IMG/VR virus record: IMGVR_UViG_3300046518_000260
Location: 1-64,000 of that record
Origin: a virus
Lineage: Duplodnaviria > Caudoviricetes
Strand: one strand, 5' to 3'
Length of the DNA stretch: 64,000 nt
The notes beneath the pieces are model-generated. The model was not told where the DNA came from. It worked only from the letters and a program-made list of their open reading frames with translations, and searched no databases. How positions within the stretch are numbered: the first letter of the stretch is position 1; each line of letters starts with the position of its first letter. Positions 55,113-64,000 of the stretch are shown piece by piece. Made by a program: the position numbers and the translations under genes.

Positions 55113-57239
55113 TCAGACTGTTTGTAGGTCTCCCGAGAGAACGAAGGTTTCGCTCCCGATGCATTTGAGCATGAATGAAACTCCGACCTTATTCCGCAAG
55201 GAAAGCGTGTCAGGAGTGATGATGGTAACGCCTGCACCCTCAACGAATGAGAGCTGCCCTGCGCCAATATTGACACCAGCAATCACGTCGCCGTCATTGA
55301 ACTGGTCTGGGTCGACCTGATAGGTCTTTGCTGCCGCGTTGTCGAAGATCAGATAGCCGTCGGCATGATCAGAAGTCGAAAGGTTCGGTATCAGTGAAAG
55401 CAAGAACGAAGGGCGGCTGCGACCCATCGACTTGAACGTCAAGCCGCTGTTGCCGACCGTGAAGGCGGTAAATGCCGGAATGTCATCGTTTGCCTGATAG
55501 ACACCCCAAGGTGTCAAAACATTGTCGCCGCTGTTGACTGGCTTGGTGACATCGTATGTCGCATAGATCGCACCCTTGGGATTGACCATGGTCCATGCGT
55601 TGGCCGAGCCGTCAGTCACGACGACAAAGCCTGCACCAGCTGCTATGTCGCTGTTTGCCCGATAAAGCGTGCCGTATCCATAGGCAGTATAGTTCAGGTT
55701 AATGACGAGATCGCCATTCTTGTATGCCTGCGCAATCGCCCAATCGCTGCGATACTTATCGCGCTCACCGACGATGTATGCCTTGGTCGCATCAAACGGC
55801 CCGACCGGCTTGCCGCCTAGTGTGCGGTAAATCGAGCCTTGGTATTCGAACAGCTCTCGATCTACATAGGTCTGGTCTTCAGCAAACTGCCGCAAGATCA
55901 GATTGGTCGCAAGGTTGACCAAACGCCATGTTGATCCGCTGGACCCAATGTTGCCTCCCGTTGGGGGAGTGTTGATCGGGATATCACCATTGGCGGCGTA
56001 GAACGTGCCGATGTAAGACACGATTTCGTCGATGGTGTAGGTCTTGGTTGTGTCGTAAGTCACACCAAGCGACGGGCTGAGTTCGCGCCATGTAGCGCCA
56101 GCAACGCCGATCACAAAAGCCGTATTGGTTGGGATCACATCGTTGGCGGCATAGATGTTCCCGGCATGCTCAACAGCGTCGTCTTTGCTGTAAGCCGAAG
56201 CCAGGAGCCACGGGCCGCGATAGATGTTTTTCTCGCCACCGACCACATCCCAATTGGCAGCGTTGAATGCGCCCGGCGCGATCGTCTGCTTTGCCCTATA
56301 CAGCAAGCCGCCAATCACAACCACGGAATTCTTGCCGTAGGTCAGGTCTGCCGAGAAGTCGTTGATGTAGCACTGATTGAGGATGACAAGCCGCCACGTC
56401 TGACCGGTTTCACCGACGACGAAAGGCGTATTGGCCGGTATAGTATCATTGGCGGCATAGTATTGTCCGTTGTTCAGAACGATCGTGTCTTTGAGGTACT
56501 GCTGCGTTTGGTCGTAAGGCAACGTACCGCCGCTCGGGCTTACCTCGTACCACGTAGCGCCTATCGTGCCGATGACAAATTCCGTACCTGCCGGGATGGC
56601 AGCATTCGGCGAGTACAGCCGACCATTGCGCCGCACAAGGTAATTCGTTGAAGGGTATTCGCGGGCCTGCAACCATTCGCCGGTATACAGCTGGAAAGTG
56701 ATAGCCTGCGTCGTTCTGATCTCGCCATTACGGCAATAGATCATATAGTCGTCGGCCGTGTTCGGATATGACGTCGGTCCGGCGCACAGCTCTTCCTGGA
56801 TTTTGACCATGAGGCTGTCATCACCACGGATCAACCATTTGCGGATGGTCGTGCCGTCGCAATACAGAATTGAAGCTTCTGCTTCGCCGCCGTCACTTTC
56901 CGCAACGCTACAGCTCAGTGAGCCGCCAATCTGTCCTGCAAGTTCGGCGACGAATTCTTCGAACGCCTCGGACATGTTGTCCAGCGCGGAGCAATCCCAA
57001 ACGCGGCCCGGTGCCATGGCTACGAAGAAGTTCACCAGTTCAGCGACAACCGCGTTCATCTGGGAATTTGGAATGCGCACGCCGCAATCGTCAGGCAAGG
57101 CCGTGACGTCACAGGTCGAGCCGAACGGTAGCGGTGGCGCTACCGGGTTTTCTACATTCGGCTGAGCGACAGGCAGGCCCGTGTCCGGATCACGGACAAT
57201 AAGTCCACCAGCGCTTTGATCGGGGAAAATGCTTGGCAT
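55113..57239 (-). CDS. tail fibre with 8 CBM5/12-like repeats
   Basis: Repeats of (W/Y/F)xxxxxYxxxxxVxxNGxxYxANxxIPxxTxF...GxTW. Confidence 0.75.
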   Translation of the reverse strand: MPSIFPDQSAGGLIVRDPDTGLPVAQPNVENPVAPPLPFGSTCDVTALPDDCGVRIPNSQMNAVVAELVNFFVAMAPGRVWDCSALDNMSEAFEEFVAELAGQIGGSLSCSVAESDGGEAEASILYCDGTTIRKWLIRGDDSLMVKIQEELCAGPTSYPNTADDYMIYCRNGEIRTTQAITFQLYTGEWLQAREYPSTNYLVRRNGRLYSPNAAIPAGTEFVIGTIGATWYEVSPSGGTLPYDQTQQYLKDTIVLNNGQYYAANDTIPANTPFVVGETGQTWRLVILNQCYINDFSADLTYGKNSVVVIGGLLYRAKQTIAPGAFNAANWDVVGGEKNIYRGPWLLASAYSKDDAVEHAGNIYAANDVIPTNTAFVIGVAGATWRELSPSLGVTYDTTKTYTIDEIVSYIGTFYAANGDIPINTPPTGGNIGSSGSTWRLVNLATNLILRQFAEDQTYVDRELFEYQGSIYRTLGGKPVGPFDATKAYIVGERDKYRSDWAIAQAYKNGDLVINLNYTAYGYGTLYRANSDIAAGAGFVVVTDGSANAWTMVNPKGAIYATYDVTKPVNSGDNVLTPWGVYQANDDIPAFTAFTVGNSGLTFKSMGRSRPSFLLSLIPNLSTSDHADGYLIFDNAAAKTYQVDPDQFNDGDVIAGVNIGAGQLSFVEGAGVTIITPDTLSLRNKVGVSFMLKCIGSETFVLSGDLQTV

Positions 57240-57250
57240 GTATTTATCCC

Positions 57251-58153
57251 TTAGCCGTTGTAATCGACGCGGGTTGCGCCCCAAACGGACAATGCTTGGA
57301 AGTTGCCGCCAGTGCTTGAACCGTCGTAGCTGATGATGTCGCCGCCGTTATTCAGCGCGATCGCAAGGCCATTGTGGTTCAGCCACCAAACGCCGTCGGG
57401 TGCCTTGAAGAAAGCGTGGGTGCTTTCGCCGTGGATGTTGTTGGAATTGCCGGTATCGCCAGCAACTGCGATGCGGTTGAAGTCGCCGGAAGAAGTGGAG
57501 GACGGAACCCAACTTGCCGCACCGAAGCGGACATTGCCGTTGTTCGGGACCATGGCTTGGCAGACGCCAGCCGTGTATCCAGCCATGCTGAGGTTGCCAG
57601 ACGCGCCGCCCGTACCGACGAACGTCCCAAGGAATGAGACCGGCCGGAAAGCGCCGAGTGACTGCGGCGTTGTAGGTGTCGGAACGCTCCCGAGGATGTT
57701 TGCTTTCAGGTCGCCGAACGTGATCTTGCGAGCTGAACCAACCGCGTTCTCGTTGAAGCCGATGGTGTCGTCGTCGCTGATACCGGCAAGATCGAAGATA
57801 CCCGGCGCCAGCGAGAGAATGCTTTTCATGCTGGCGATGCCGCTAGCGCCGTCAAAGCAACCTGCGATGAAATCGTCCGTGTCAGGAACCTTGCCCGGCA
57901 GGGAACACAGCGCCGTCAGCTTGATGATTGCTCGCTGAAGGTTGTCCAGCTTTGAGCAATCATAGGCAATGTCAGCACCATTGACCGCGTTGATAAGTTC
58001 AGAGATTATGGCGTTCGTTGCAACCGGATCGAAGCGCGGATTGCAGTCAGCCCGATAGAACAACGGGTCGCAGCCCGCAAGCACATTCGGGCTAAGGACT
58101 GCGTTGCGCGTGTTCGCGGGAGTAGTGCCGCCGCTTGGAAACAAACCAGCCAT
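57251..58153 (-). CDS. short tail fibre / baseplate-attached protein
   Basis: N-terminus paralogous to 55113 fibre (NAxxxELxN...DCSxLDN). Confidence 0.65.
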   Translation of the reverse strand: MAGLFPSGGTTPANTRNAVLSPNVLAGCDPLFYRADCNPRFDPVATNAIISELINAVNGADIAYDCSKLDNLQRAIIKLTALCSLPGKVPDTDDFIAGCFDGASGIASMKSILSLAPGIFDLAGISDDDTIGFNENAVGSARKITFGDLKANILGSVPTPTTPQSLGAFRPVSFLGTFVGTGGASGNLSMAGYTAGVCQAMVPNNGNVRFGAASWVPSSTSSGDFNRIAVAGDTGNSNNIHGESTHAFFKAPDGVWWLNHNGLAIALNNGGDIISYDGSSTGGNFQALSVWGATRVDYNG

Positions 58154-58165
58154 TTCAAGTCCTCG

Positions 58166-59050
58166 TTATGGTTGTCTGACTAGACAAATCTTGCAGCACG
58201 TCGGCAGCATCGATCTTACAATGCAATGTGCCGCCAAGGTCAATGGATAAGCTTTGGCTGGTCCGCCGACACATATTCCGTGGCCGGGCGTCAGGTAAAG
58301 TTTAACCTGCTTCTGACCCTGGAGTATAGTGGTTTCAGTTCGCTGACCAGTGTCTTTAAGCACGACGTTAGCGAAGTCGGCAGTCGGTCGAAGGATAAGG
58401 CATGGCGGTTCGCCAGTGGCCGGATCATAGTTGGGGTCGAGCACCAATTCCGAATACAACGAACTCAGAATGAAATTGATCGAGCACAAGTTTTCGATGA
58501 TGCCGTGACGCAGCCGCCACAACGCAATGATCACTCCGCGCTTGTAGATGCGCGTGAGTTCCTCACCAAAGGTCGGTGGGCAAAACTCGACGCCGCAAGG
58601 CCCGATAATCTCGTAAGGAGTGATGGGGCCGAGTTCAGGGGCGCGGCAGAAGGTGTTATAACAATCAATCCACCCGAGACGATCCAACCATTCATCCATG
58701 GTCGAATACGCGGTAAACGGATTGGCCTCTCTGACGGCAGGCCATAGCGCTCCCATGATATAGTAATGGAGCTTTTTGGCTGTATAGATAGAATGCAGCA
58801 CAAGGCTAGCGCACATATCTTTCTCGTCCCCAAAGGGTTCGGCACAATTGTCGTCGCATAGACCCCTGCACCCGATCGCGAGTTCCTTGGAAGCGTCCCA
58901 TAGGGGTCCAGATGGCAGAAGGGCGACAGCATTGCAGGCTAAACTCTCTGGTGAGATCGACAAGATGTCGGGAGGGCAGCAGCCGTCGGAAGGCATTTCG
59001 CCAACCGGCACGCAGCCGTCAATCCCGTTCTGGTAAACATAACCGTCCAT
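58166..59050 (-). CDS. baseplate wedge protein (Mu gp48/DUF2313-like position), Cys-rich
   Basis: ALLPSGPLW...EANPFTA...DEWLDRLG; follows baseplate J. Confidence 0.65.
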   Translation of the reverse strand: MDGYVYQNGIDGCVPVGEMPSDGCCPPDILSISPESLACNAVALLPSGPLWDASKELAIGCRGLCDDNCAEPFGDEKDMCASLVLHSIYTAKKLHYYIMGALWPAVREANPFTAYSTMDEWLDRLGWIDCYNTFCRAPELGPITPYEIIGPCGVEFCPPTFGEELTRIYKRGVIIALWRLRHGIIENLCSINFILSSLYSELVLDPNYDPATGEPPCLILRPTADFANVVLKDTGQRTETTILQGQKQVKLYLTPGHGICVGGPAKAYPLTLAAHCIVRSMLPTCCKICLVRQP

Positions 59051-59057
59051 TTGTCAA

Positions 59058-60233
59058 TCAATTCGGGTTGGTGAATTCAATGTCTGTTACCGTGATGCGG
59101 AAATCACAGAGCGGCTCCGCATCACCGCAAGTCGTAATCTGACTGTTCGCATCATTGGCCGTTATGAGGATGTCATAATTGCCGGTGCCTGCCATCAGCT
59201 GCGCGACGATGGAGTTCAGGTCTCGAAGATATAGGGTGTCAGATGGACACAGTCTTCCGACAAACTCCAGCAAGCGCTCTCTAATTTCATTGGCCGTTCC
59301 AGGAGAAGTGCAGGCCATGCCATCAATGGTGATGGTGACGGACGCTTCTCCGAACGTGTAGAGTTTGCCGGTGATACCCCAAGGGACTTGTCCTTGGCCG
59401 ATACCCTGAACGACCCCAAAGAGCCATTCCTGTATTTCGTCGATGACGTTCTGTGATGCTGCGCCAAAGTCGAAAACTCCGTCGAATATCGGGTAAAGTC
59501 GGATCGGCCGAGCGCAGTCAATGCCGCCTTGCCAGATGAGCGCATCTTCCGGTTCGCAGCATGTGCCGCCGCGTTCGCAGACACTCGTGATGCACGGCCA
59601 TTCAAGCAATTTCTGCTTGACCGCGTCAAGGCTGGCATTGGGCTTGTAGCGCATCCGTTCAAGGTAGCGCGTGCGGAACTGTTCGCATTCCTCTGCTACT
59701 GCGCCGCCGCAGAATTGCCCGCCGTAAATTGTCAGTGTTGAATTGATGCCTTCGATCGCTGCGTTCAGCTGCCCGCTGGTCGTGCCTGATTTCAGGTTGC
59801 CGTCGGTTCCCGGTTCCAGCGCCCGCATCCGCACGACCAGACTGCCGGATGTCGGCAATTGGCTCGGGAGCGTATTAGCGCTGATATATTGCTGCCCTGA
59901 AATGGTGGCTTCAAACGAAGCTGGAAGCGCCGAACCGGCAACTCCTGTCATCTGAATATAGCCAGAAGCAAACGTCGCTGGCTTGGGATAGAAGCCATCA
60001 TTCGCCGCCATAGTGACCAGATTGTCGCAGCATGCATAACGCGGATCGCGCTCGCGCCAAGACTGTTCGGAGATGGAGAAGAACTGCTCAGACATGGCAT
60101 AGTCGTTCGACACGACATACCACTCATTGCTTTCTGGTATGATATTCGCGCCGCCGAGCACGTTCGATGAGAACATCGACTTGATGCTCTCAAACAAGAC
60201 GCGCGGGTCTGGACGCTCGATTTCACATGCCAT
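59058..60233 (-). CDS. baseplate J-like protein
   Basis: PKPATFASGYI...RALEPGTDGN...GGAVAEECEQFRTRYLER. Confidence 0.85.
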   Translation of the reverse strand: MACEIERPDPRVLFESIKSMFSSNVLGGANIIPESNEWYVVSNDYAMSEQFFSISEQSWRERDPRYACCDNLVTMAANDGFYPKPATFASGYIQMTGVAGSALPASFEATISGQQYISANTLPSQLPTSGSLVVRMRALEPGTDGNLKSGTTSGQLNAAIEGINSTLTIYGGQFCGGAVAEECEQFRTRYLERMRYKPNASLDAVKQKLLEWPCITSVCERGGTCCEPEDALIWQGGIDCARPIRLYPIFDGVFDFGAASQNVIDEIQEWLFGVVQGIGQGQVPWGITGKLYTFGEASVTITIDGMACTSPGTANEIRERLLEFVGRLCPSDTLYLRDLNSIVAQLMAGTGNYDILITANDANSQITTCGDAEPLCDFRITVTDIEFTNPN

Positions 60234-60778
60234 TAATTCGATCCCCAGACCCAGGAGTTTTCAAGCCGATTGCCGGTAATGCCGACCCTTGAAGTCAGGC
60301 CGTCTTGGCTAATAATATCTATCGCTGCATCGAAAACGTTGCTGCCTAAATACTTTACTTTAACATCGACACTAAGAGCAACACCATACAACACAAGCTT
60401 GTGCAGCGATGTGGTCAAATTTGCCTGTATAAGCTTGATAGCTTCCGCAATGGTGTAGGTCGTAGGAATGTCGCGCAGGTTGGTGCCGACATTCAGGTTA
60501 TCACCATAGCTCTCGGACCAGTGCCCGCCACGCGCGCCCGGCCTGTAACCGCAAGCGCGGTCGGCCTTCTTGCCATTCGTGAGAATGATATTTAGCGCAA
60601 GACTGCGCACATAATTGTCATTCTTGAATGTGCGGCCTGCCTGTCCTCCCGGTACGTAGGATTTCAATCCAGAGGAGCCGCAGTTGGAATGACAGTAGCT
60701 CTGTTCGCCGCAAGCATCAGGCTGCGTCGTCCAGAAGATGCGGCGGCGTCCTTGAATTGGAACATTGCACTCAGCCAT
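60233..60778 (-). CDS. baseplate protein (Mu gp46-like)
   Basis: RGGHWSES motif; synteny between spike and J. Confidence 0.65.
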   Translation of the reverse strand: MAECNVPIQGRRRIFWTTQPDACGEQSYCHSNCGSSGLKSYVPGGQAGRTFKNDNYVRSLALNIILTNGKKADRACGYRPGARGGHWSESYGDNLNVGTNLRDIPTTYTIAEAIKLIQANLTTSLHKLVLYGVALSVDVKVKYLGSNVFDAAIDIISQDGLTSRVGITGNRLENSWVWGSN

Positions 60779-60779
60779 T

Positions 60780-61295
60780 TCATTCCTCGAATGGTGGGAT
60801 GTCGACCGTACCGTTTGAACTGTCTGGCGTCACGACGCGCACGTTGACCGTGGCTGTGCCTGATACTTCCAAGTCACCACGAATGATGACCTTGCCGTCT
60901 TTCACTTCCAGGATGCCCATCAGCGCGGCGAAGTTGTCCGTGATCCAAGCCCGTTTGGCATTGAACTCCAGCGCCTTGGCCGGGTCTTCAGGGTGCTGAA
61001 CGCCGCCCGTGCCTTCCTTCCATGCCCGCTGCTTATCCCTTGGGATAGTGACTAGGGCCAATTTCAGGCTTGGGTCAGAACCGCTGGCAAGCAGGAACAC
61101 TTCGGTATTCTTGTTTTCTGCGAAGTTGGCTCCGACCCCAAGGTTAATGAGGACGGCCTCTTCGTCAACTGTGCCGTTGCCGCGAACCTTGATGATCGCG
61201 CCGGTATCCAAATGCTGAATTTTGCCAAAGACGTGCCGCTCAATGCCATCTTGCATGTCGCGGTTTCTGCTCTGGAAATTTTCCATCGAAGTCAT
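60780..61295 (-). CDS. baseplate spike (Mu gp45/gpV-like)
   Basis: OB-like N-terminus and IRGDLEVSG beta-helix C-terminus. Confidence 0.7.
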   Translation of the reverse strand: MTSMENFQSRNRDMQDGIERHVFGKIQHLDTGAIIKVRGNGTVDEEAVLINLGVGANFAENKNTEVFLLASGSDPSLKLALVTIPRDKQRAWKEGTGGVQHPEDPAKALEFNAKRAWITDNFAALMGILEVKDGKVIIRGDLEVSGTATVNVRVVTPDSSNGTVDIPPFEE

Positions 61296-61307
61296 GCCGT
61301 TACTCCG

Positions 61308-62543
61308 TTATGGTAATTTCAATGGTGGCGTATTAATCTGAATACCGCCGAGAAAGTCAGGCTGTTGTATCACTGGCGCTTGCGAGAAGCTAGGTGAAAA
61401 CTGCAGATCGGCAGGCTCCCAGATGTCCATCGTTTCGACACCGAGTTGTGCCCGGCGCTGCTTGCCAATGCCCGCTTTGGTCGTCGTGGGAACGCCTGAA
61501 CTTGGCGCGGGTGGCGGCGCAAGCGTCAGCGTTGTCTTCAACGTACCTTGGGCGTCGACCGTATAATCGAGCTCAATAACTTCCATAACATTGAAGATAC
61601 CTTCAGGCGGAACTTCGACATAGTGCAGCGTCCCCAAATCCCAAGGCTGCCCTGATGGGGTCTGCACATGGAACACATCTATTGTGACTTTCAACGACTG
61701 AGCAGTGCGCTTGTCGCTTTCGAACTTGAGCCGACGGTCCAGCGCTTCCGGAGACGCGTCACCGTAATGCTGAATTATGAATGGAGTGTCTTTGTCAGTG
61801 CTTGCCTTCTTGGCTGACTTCAGAACATTCAGGACGGCTTCTTCGCCCCAAACAGTCTTGCTAATGCGCTGACCTTTAACCACAATGCGCGACTTGTCGT
61901 GGTCTTCGGACTGGTCCGCCGAGAACGAGAGAATGTTTGTGCCAAGAATAAGATCGTCGCCCATCTCTTGCGGCTCGTCGGTGAAGCGCAGCTTGCCGTC
62001 GCGGGTCTCGTAGAAGTAATGGCCGTTCTCGTTTCCGAGCCGTTGTAACTCGTAAAGAACATTGCATCCGTCCCGCAAGCAAACTCGTTCAAGTTTCACA
62101 TCCGCCGCCTGCCAGTCAAGCTCGACCTGAAAATCCTTTGTCAGTGCTTCCGCGACCTGCCGTGTTGTCGGCTTGAGCATCGTTCCGGTTTTGTGCTGGT
62201 GCGAACTGTCAATAAGATATTTTGTGCGACCGCGAGCGGAAAGGCTAACCGAATAGGCATTCGGAGATATTGATGAAGTAACTTCAGAAACAGCATCTTT
62301 GTTCGAATGCCCCTTGCCGTTGCGTTTGTCGATTGCCCCAAAGAAGGCTAGTTGTCCGCCGACATAGACGGAGATATCCCGACCGCGCAATGCCTGAACC
62401 ATGATTGGTGATTTAGGCATATAATTGAAGAACACGTCGCAGTCAAACGAACCTGTCAGGTCAGCCTTCTTGCGGGACAACTTCGCGCCGGTATATTGTT
62501 CCAGTTCTTTACCGTCAGCGAATATCTGGAAAGGCTTAGCCAT
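61308..62543 (-). CDS. baseplate hub / tail protein (Mu gp44-like)
   Basis: Synteny; SARGRTKYLIDSS, LILGTNILS, SRIVVKGQ. Confidence 0.75.
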   Translation of the reverse strand: MAKPFQIFADGKELEQYTGAKLSRKKADLTGSFDCDVFFNYMPKSPIMVQALRGRDISVYVGGQLAFFGAIDKRNGKGHSNKDAVSEVTSSISPNAYSVSLSARGRTKYLIDSSHQHKTGTMLKPTTRQVAEALTKDFQVELDWQAADVKLERVCLRDGCNVLYELQRLGNENGHYFYETRDGKLRFTDEPQEMGDDLILGTNILSFSADQSEDHDKSRIVVKGQRISKTVWGEEAVLNVLKSAKKASTDKDTPFIIQHYGDASPEALDRRLKFESDKRTAQSLKVTIDVFHVQTPSGQPWDLGTLHYVEVPPEGIFNVMEVIELDYTVDAQGTLKTTLTLAPPPAPSSGVPTTTKAGIGKQRRAQLGVETMDIWEPADLQFSPSFSQAPVIQQPDFLGGIQINTPPLKLP

Positions 62544-63729
62544 TTGCAGCCCTCGCAGCGATCACCTTCGGGCCAACCTGCCAAGGCCAACCATACGGAT
62601 TGCGCTGTTCAATATCCTTGAACTGCGTAGCGTCGCTCATGATCTGATAAGCCGCCACCAAGGAATGGACTGAGCTGGCGAACTGATATTCGACAACGGC
62701 CGGAGAGTTGTAGGCTCGATCGAGCAACTGCTTCTTGACGTCTTCAACGAAACGCGCCAGCTTGACATAGAGTTTGCTGTTGCATCGCTGCTGTGCGATC
62801 ACCAGTTCTTGGTTGAAGGCCCCAACGACAGTGTCGTATTGGCTGAACGCTTCTGCCATGTCTTTCGGCTGCGTTTCGAGTATTGCTCTGGCAAGGTAGC
62901 CCGCGCCTAGTGCGCGCATAAAAGTTTGCACGGCGTTTACAGAGCTCTCTCCGGTACGACCAACGAGAATTGAATTGGTGTTCTGGTTGATAAGGTTCCG
63001 GAACAGCGTCTGTTTGTCTGTGCTATCGCCATACTTGTCGACGAGCGCCATGCCATCGCGCATTGCAGGCAGCAACGTCTTTTTCTGGGAGAGCAGACCG
63101 CTATCAGTTGACAGTGTGTCATAGGCCGAAAGCGACCTGTACACATTCAGATTGTCTTCGTCCTTGGCAGCCTGCCCGTAGGCCAATGAAATTGATTGCA
63201 CCGCCGTTTGAGAAGTTCCGACGACGGCCGCGCGGTCGTAGAACGTGACCGTCTCAGGATGGTAGTCGTCATTGAAGCTTTCGGTCAGCGCATCAATAAG
63301 CGGATCAAGGACAAGACCAAGAAGCTGCCCAACAAGACTAAGACCATTGGGGAAGATTTCAGCTTCGACCATATCCATGTCGAACTCTGTAACGCCCTGC
63401 ATGTCCATCGGGTTATCGCGGACACGAAGCTGCTTACATGCGACAATGATAATACCTCGCGTAGGATGGACCAGAGGCCCAGGACCCGGCGTCTCGCAGA
63501 CTGCAATAAGAGCGGCTGCACGGAGCACATGGTCATTAGTAGCCAGACGACCGGCAATGCTATAAGTGCGAATAAGCCTGCCCATGTCCGCATATGCAGT
63601 TGTCTCTCCGAACGGAAACTCGCCCTCAGCGCCGCGTCGGCCGTGTTGACTATTCACTTCCATTGCATCAAAGGCAATGCCCTTGTAGCTGGCAGGAAGA
63701 TATGGATCTTTGTAACAAGCTTCAGCCAT
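62536..63729 (-). CDS. DNA circularization protein (Mu gp43-like)
   Basis: PASYKGIAF...GRRGAEGEFP...ADMGR...PGPLVHPTRG. Confidence 0.85.
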   Translation of the reverse strand: MAEACYKDPYLPASYKGIAFDAMEVNSQHGRRGAEGEFPFGETTAYADMGRLIRTYSIAGRLATNDHVLRAAALIAVCETPGPGPLVHPTRGIIIVACKQLRVRDNPMDMQGVTEFDMDMVEAEIFPNGLSLVGQLLGLVLDPLIDALTESFNDDYHPETVTFYDRAAVVGTSQTAVQSISLAYGQAAKDEDNLNVYRSLSAYDTLSTDSGLLSQKKTLLPAMRDGMALVDKYGDSTDKQTLFRNLINQNTNSILVGRTGESSVNAVQTFMRALGAGYLARAILETQPKDMAEAFSQYDTVVGAFNQELVIAQQRCNSKLYVKLARFVEDVKKQLLDRAYNSPAVVEYQFASSVHSLVAAYQIMSDATQFKDIEQRNPYGWPWQVGPKVIAARAANG

Positions 63730-64000
63730 TATCCGCCACTCTGAATGTTCGTGTTAGTCCCGGTATTCGGGACAGCTGCCGCTGGTGTCTGGTTGACATT
63801 TACGCCGAGCTGACCGACAGCTGCCCGCATGGCTGCGCCTGCCTGCGTACCGAACGCCGAAGCGATCGCCATCAACGCATTAGCCGCCGTGCCTCCGAAC
63901 GCATCAGCGGCAGCACCGAGCTTCGTAGAGCCAGTATCGAACGCGCTAAGAATTTCCTGCGATCCTGCCGTTACAGTCGTGCCGAGCTGTTCCACGCTTT
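63729..64000 (-). CDS. probable tape measure protein C-terminus (partial)
   Basis: Ala/Gly-rich frame open to the window end, immediately upstream of the DNA circularization gene. Confidence 0.6.
   Translation of the reverse strand, partial: SVEQLGTTVTAGSQEILSAFDTGSTKLGAAADAFGGTAANALMAIASAFGTQAGAAMRAAVGQLGVNVNQTPAAAVPNTGTNTNIQSGG

Noticed and set aside
1-64000. Prophage/temperate features (integrase, CI/Cro switch, att sites, IS elements)
   Set aside because: None seen; the remaining genome outside the window is unknown.

Overview
About 64 kb of a tailed dsDNA phage genome with a contractile, Mu-like baseplate. The host is most likely an alphaproteobacterium (inferred from CtrA-consensus boxes, a GcrA-like HTH and the lysis gene types). 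No integrase, repressor/att site, tRNA, rRNA or cas gene was seen, so a lytic phage is the simplest reading. Layout: (i) 1-14.4 kb, minus strand: prohead protease, portal, TerL, holin-like genes, a 6.8-kb fibre/propeller module, an HU/IHF-like protein, TerS and a resolvase-like nuclease. (ii) 15.9-39.7 kb: many small early genes, strong sigma70-type promoters and several families of non-coding repeats. (iii) 39.9-53.5 kb, plus strand: SSB-like protein, a nucleotide-metabolism cluster (HD hydrolase, tandem ThyX-like, NDT-like, HAD, all-alpha pyrophosphatase-like), DnaQ, DnaE, primase-helicase and SNF2 helicase. (iv) 53.6-64 kb, minus strand: spanins, endolysin, tail fibres, Cys-rich baseplate proteins and the tape-measure C-terminus. 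The strongest leads are a host cell-cycle-coupled regulatory layer (12 perfect TTAA-N7-TTAA boxes, including a 47-bp-period array and helically phased promoter sites, plus a GcrA-like HTH-RHH protein), a possible non-canonical nucleotide/DNA-modification pathway beside the private polymerase, and three unexplained repeat families (28-nt-period arrays, a 22-bp motif at convergent gene ends, a 103-bp duplicated cassette). All protein calls come from motif recognition by eye; no database search was run.
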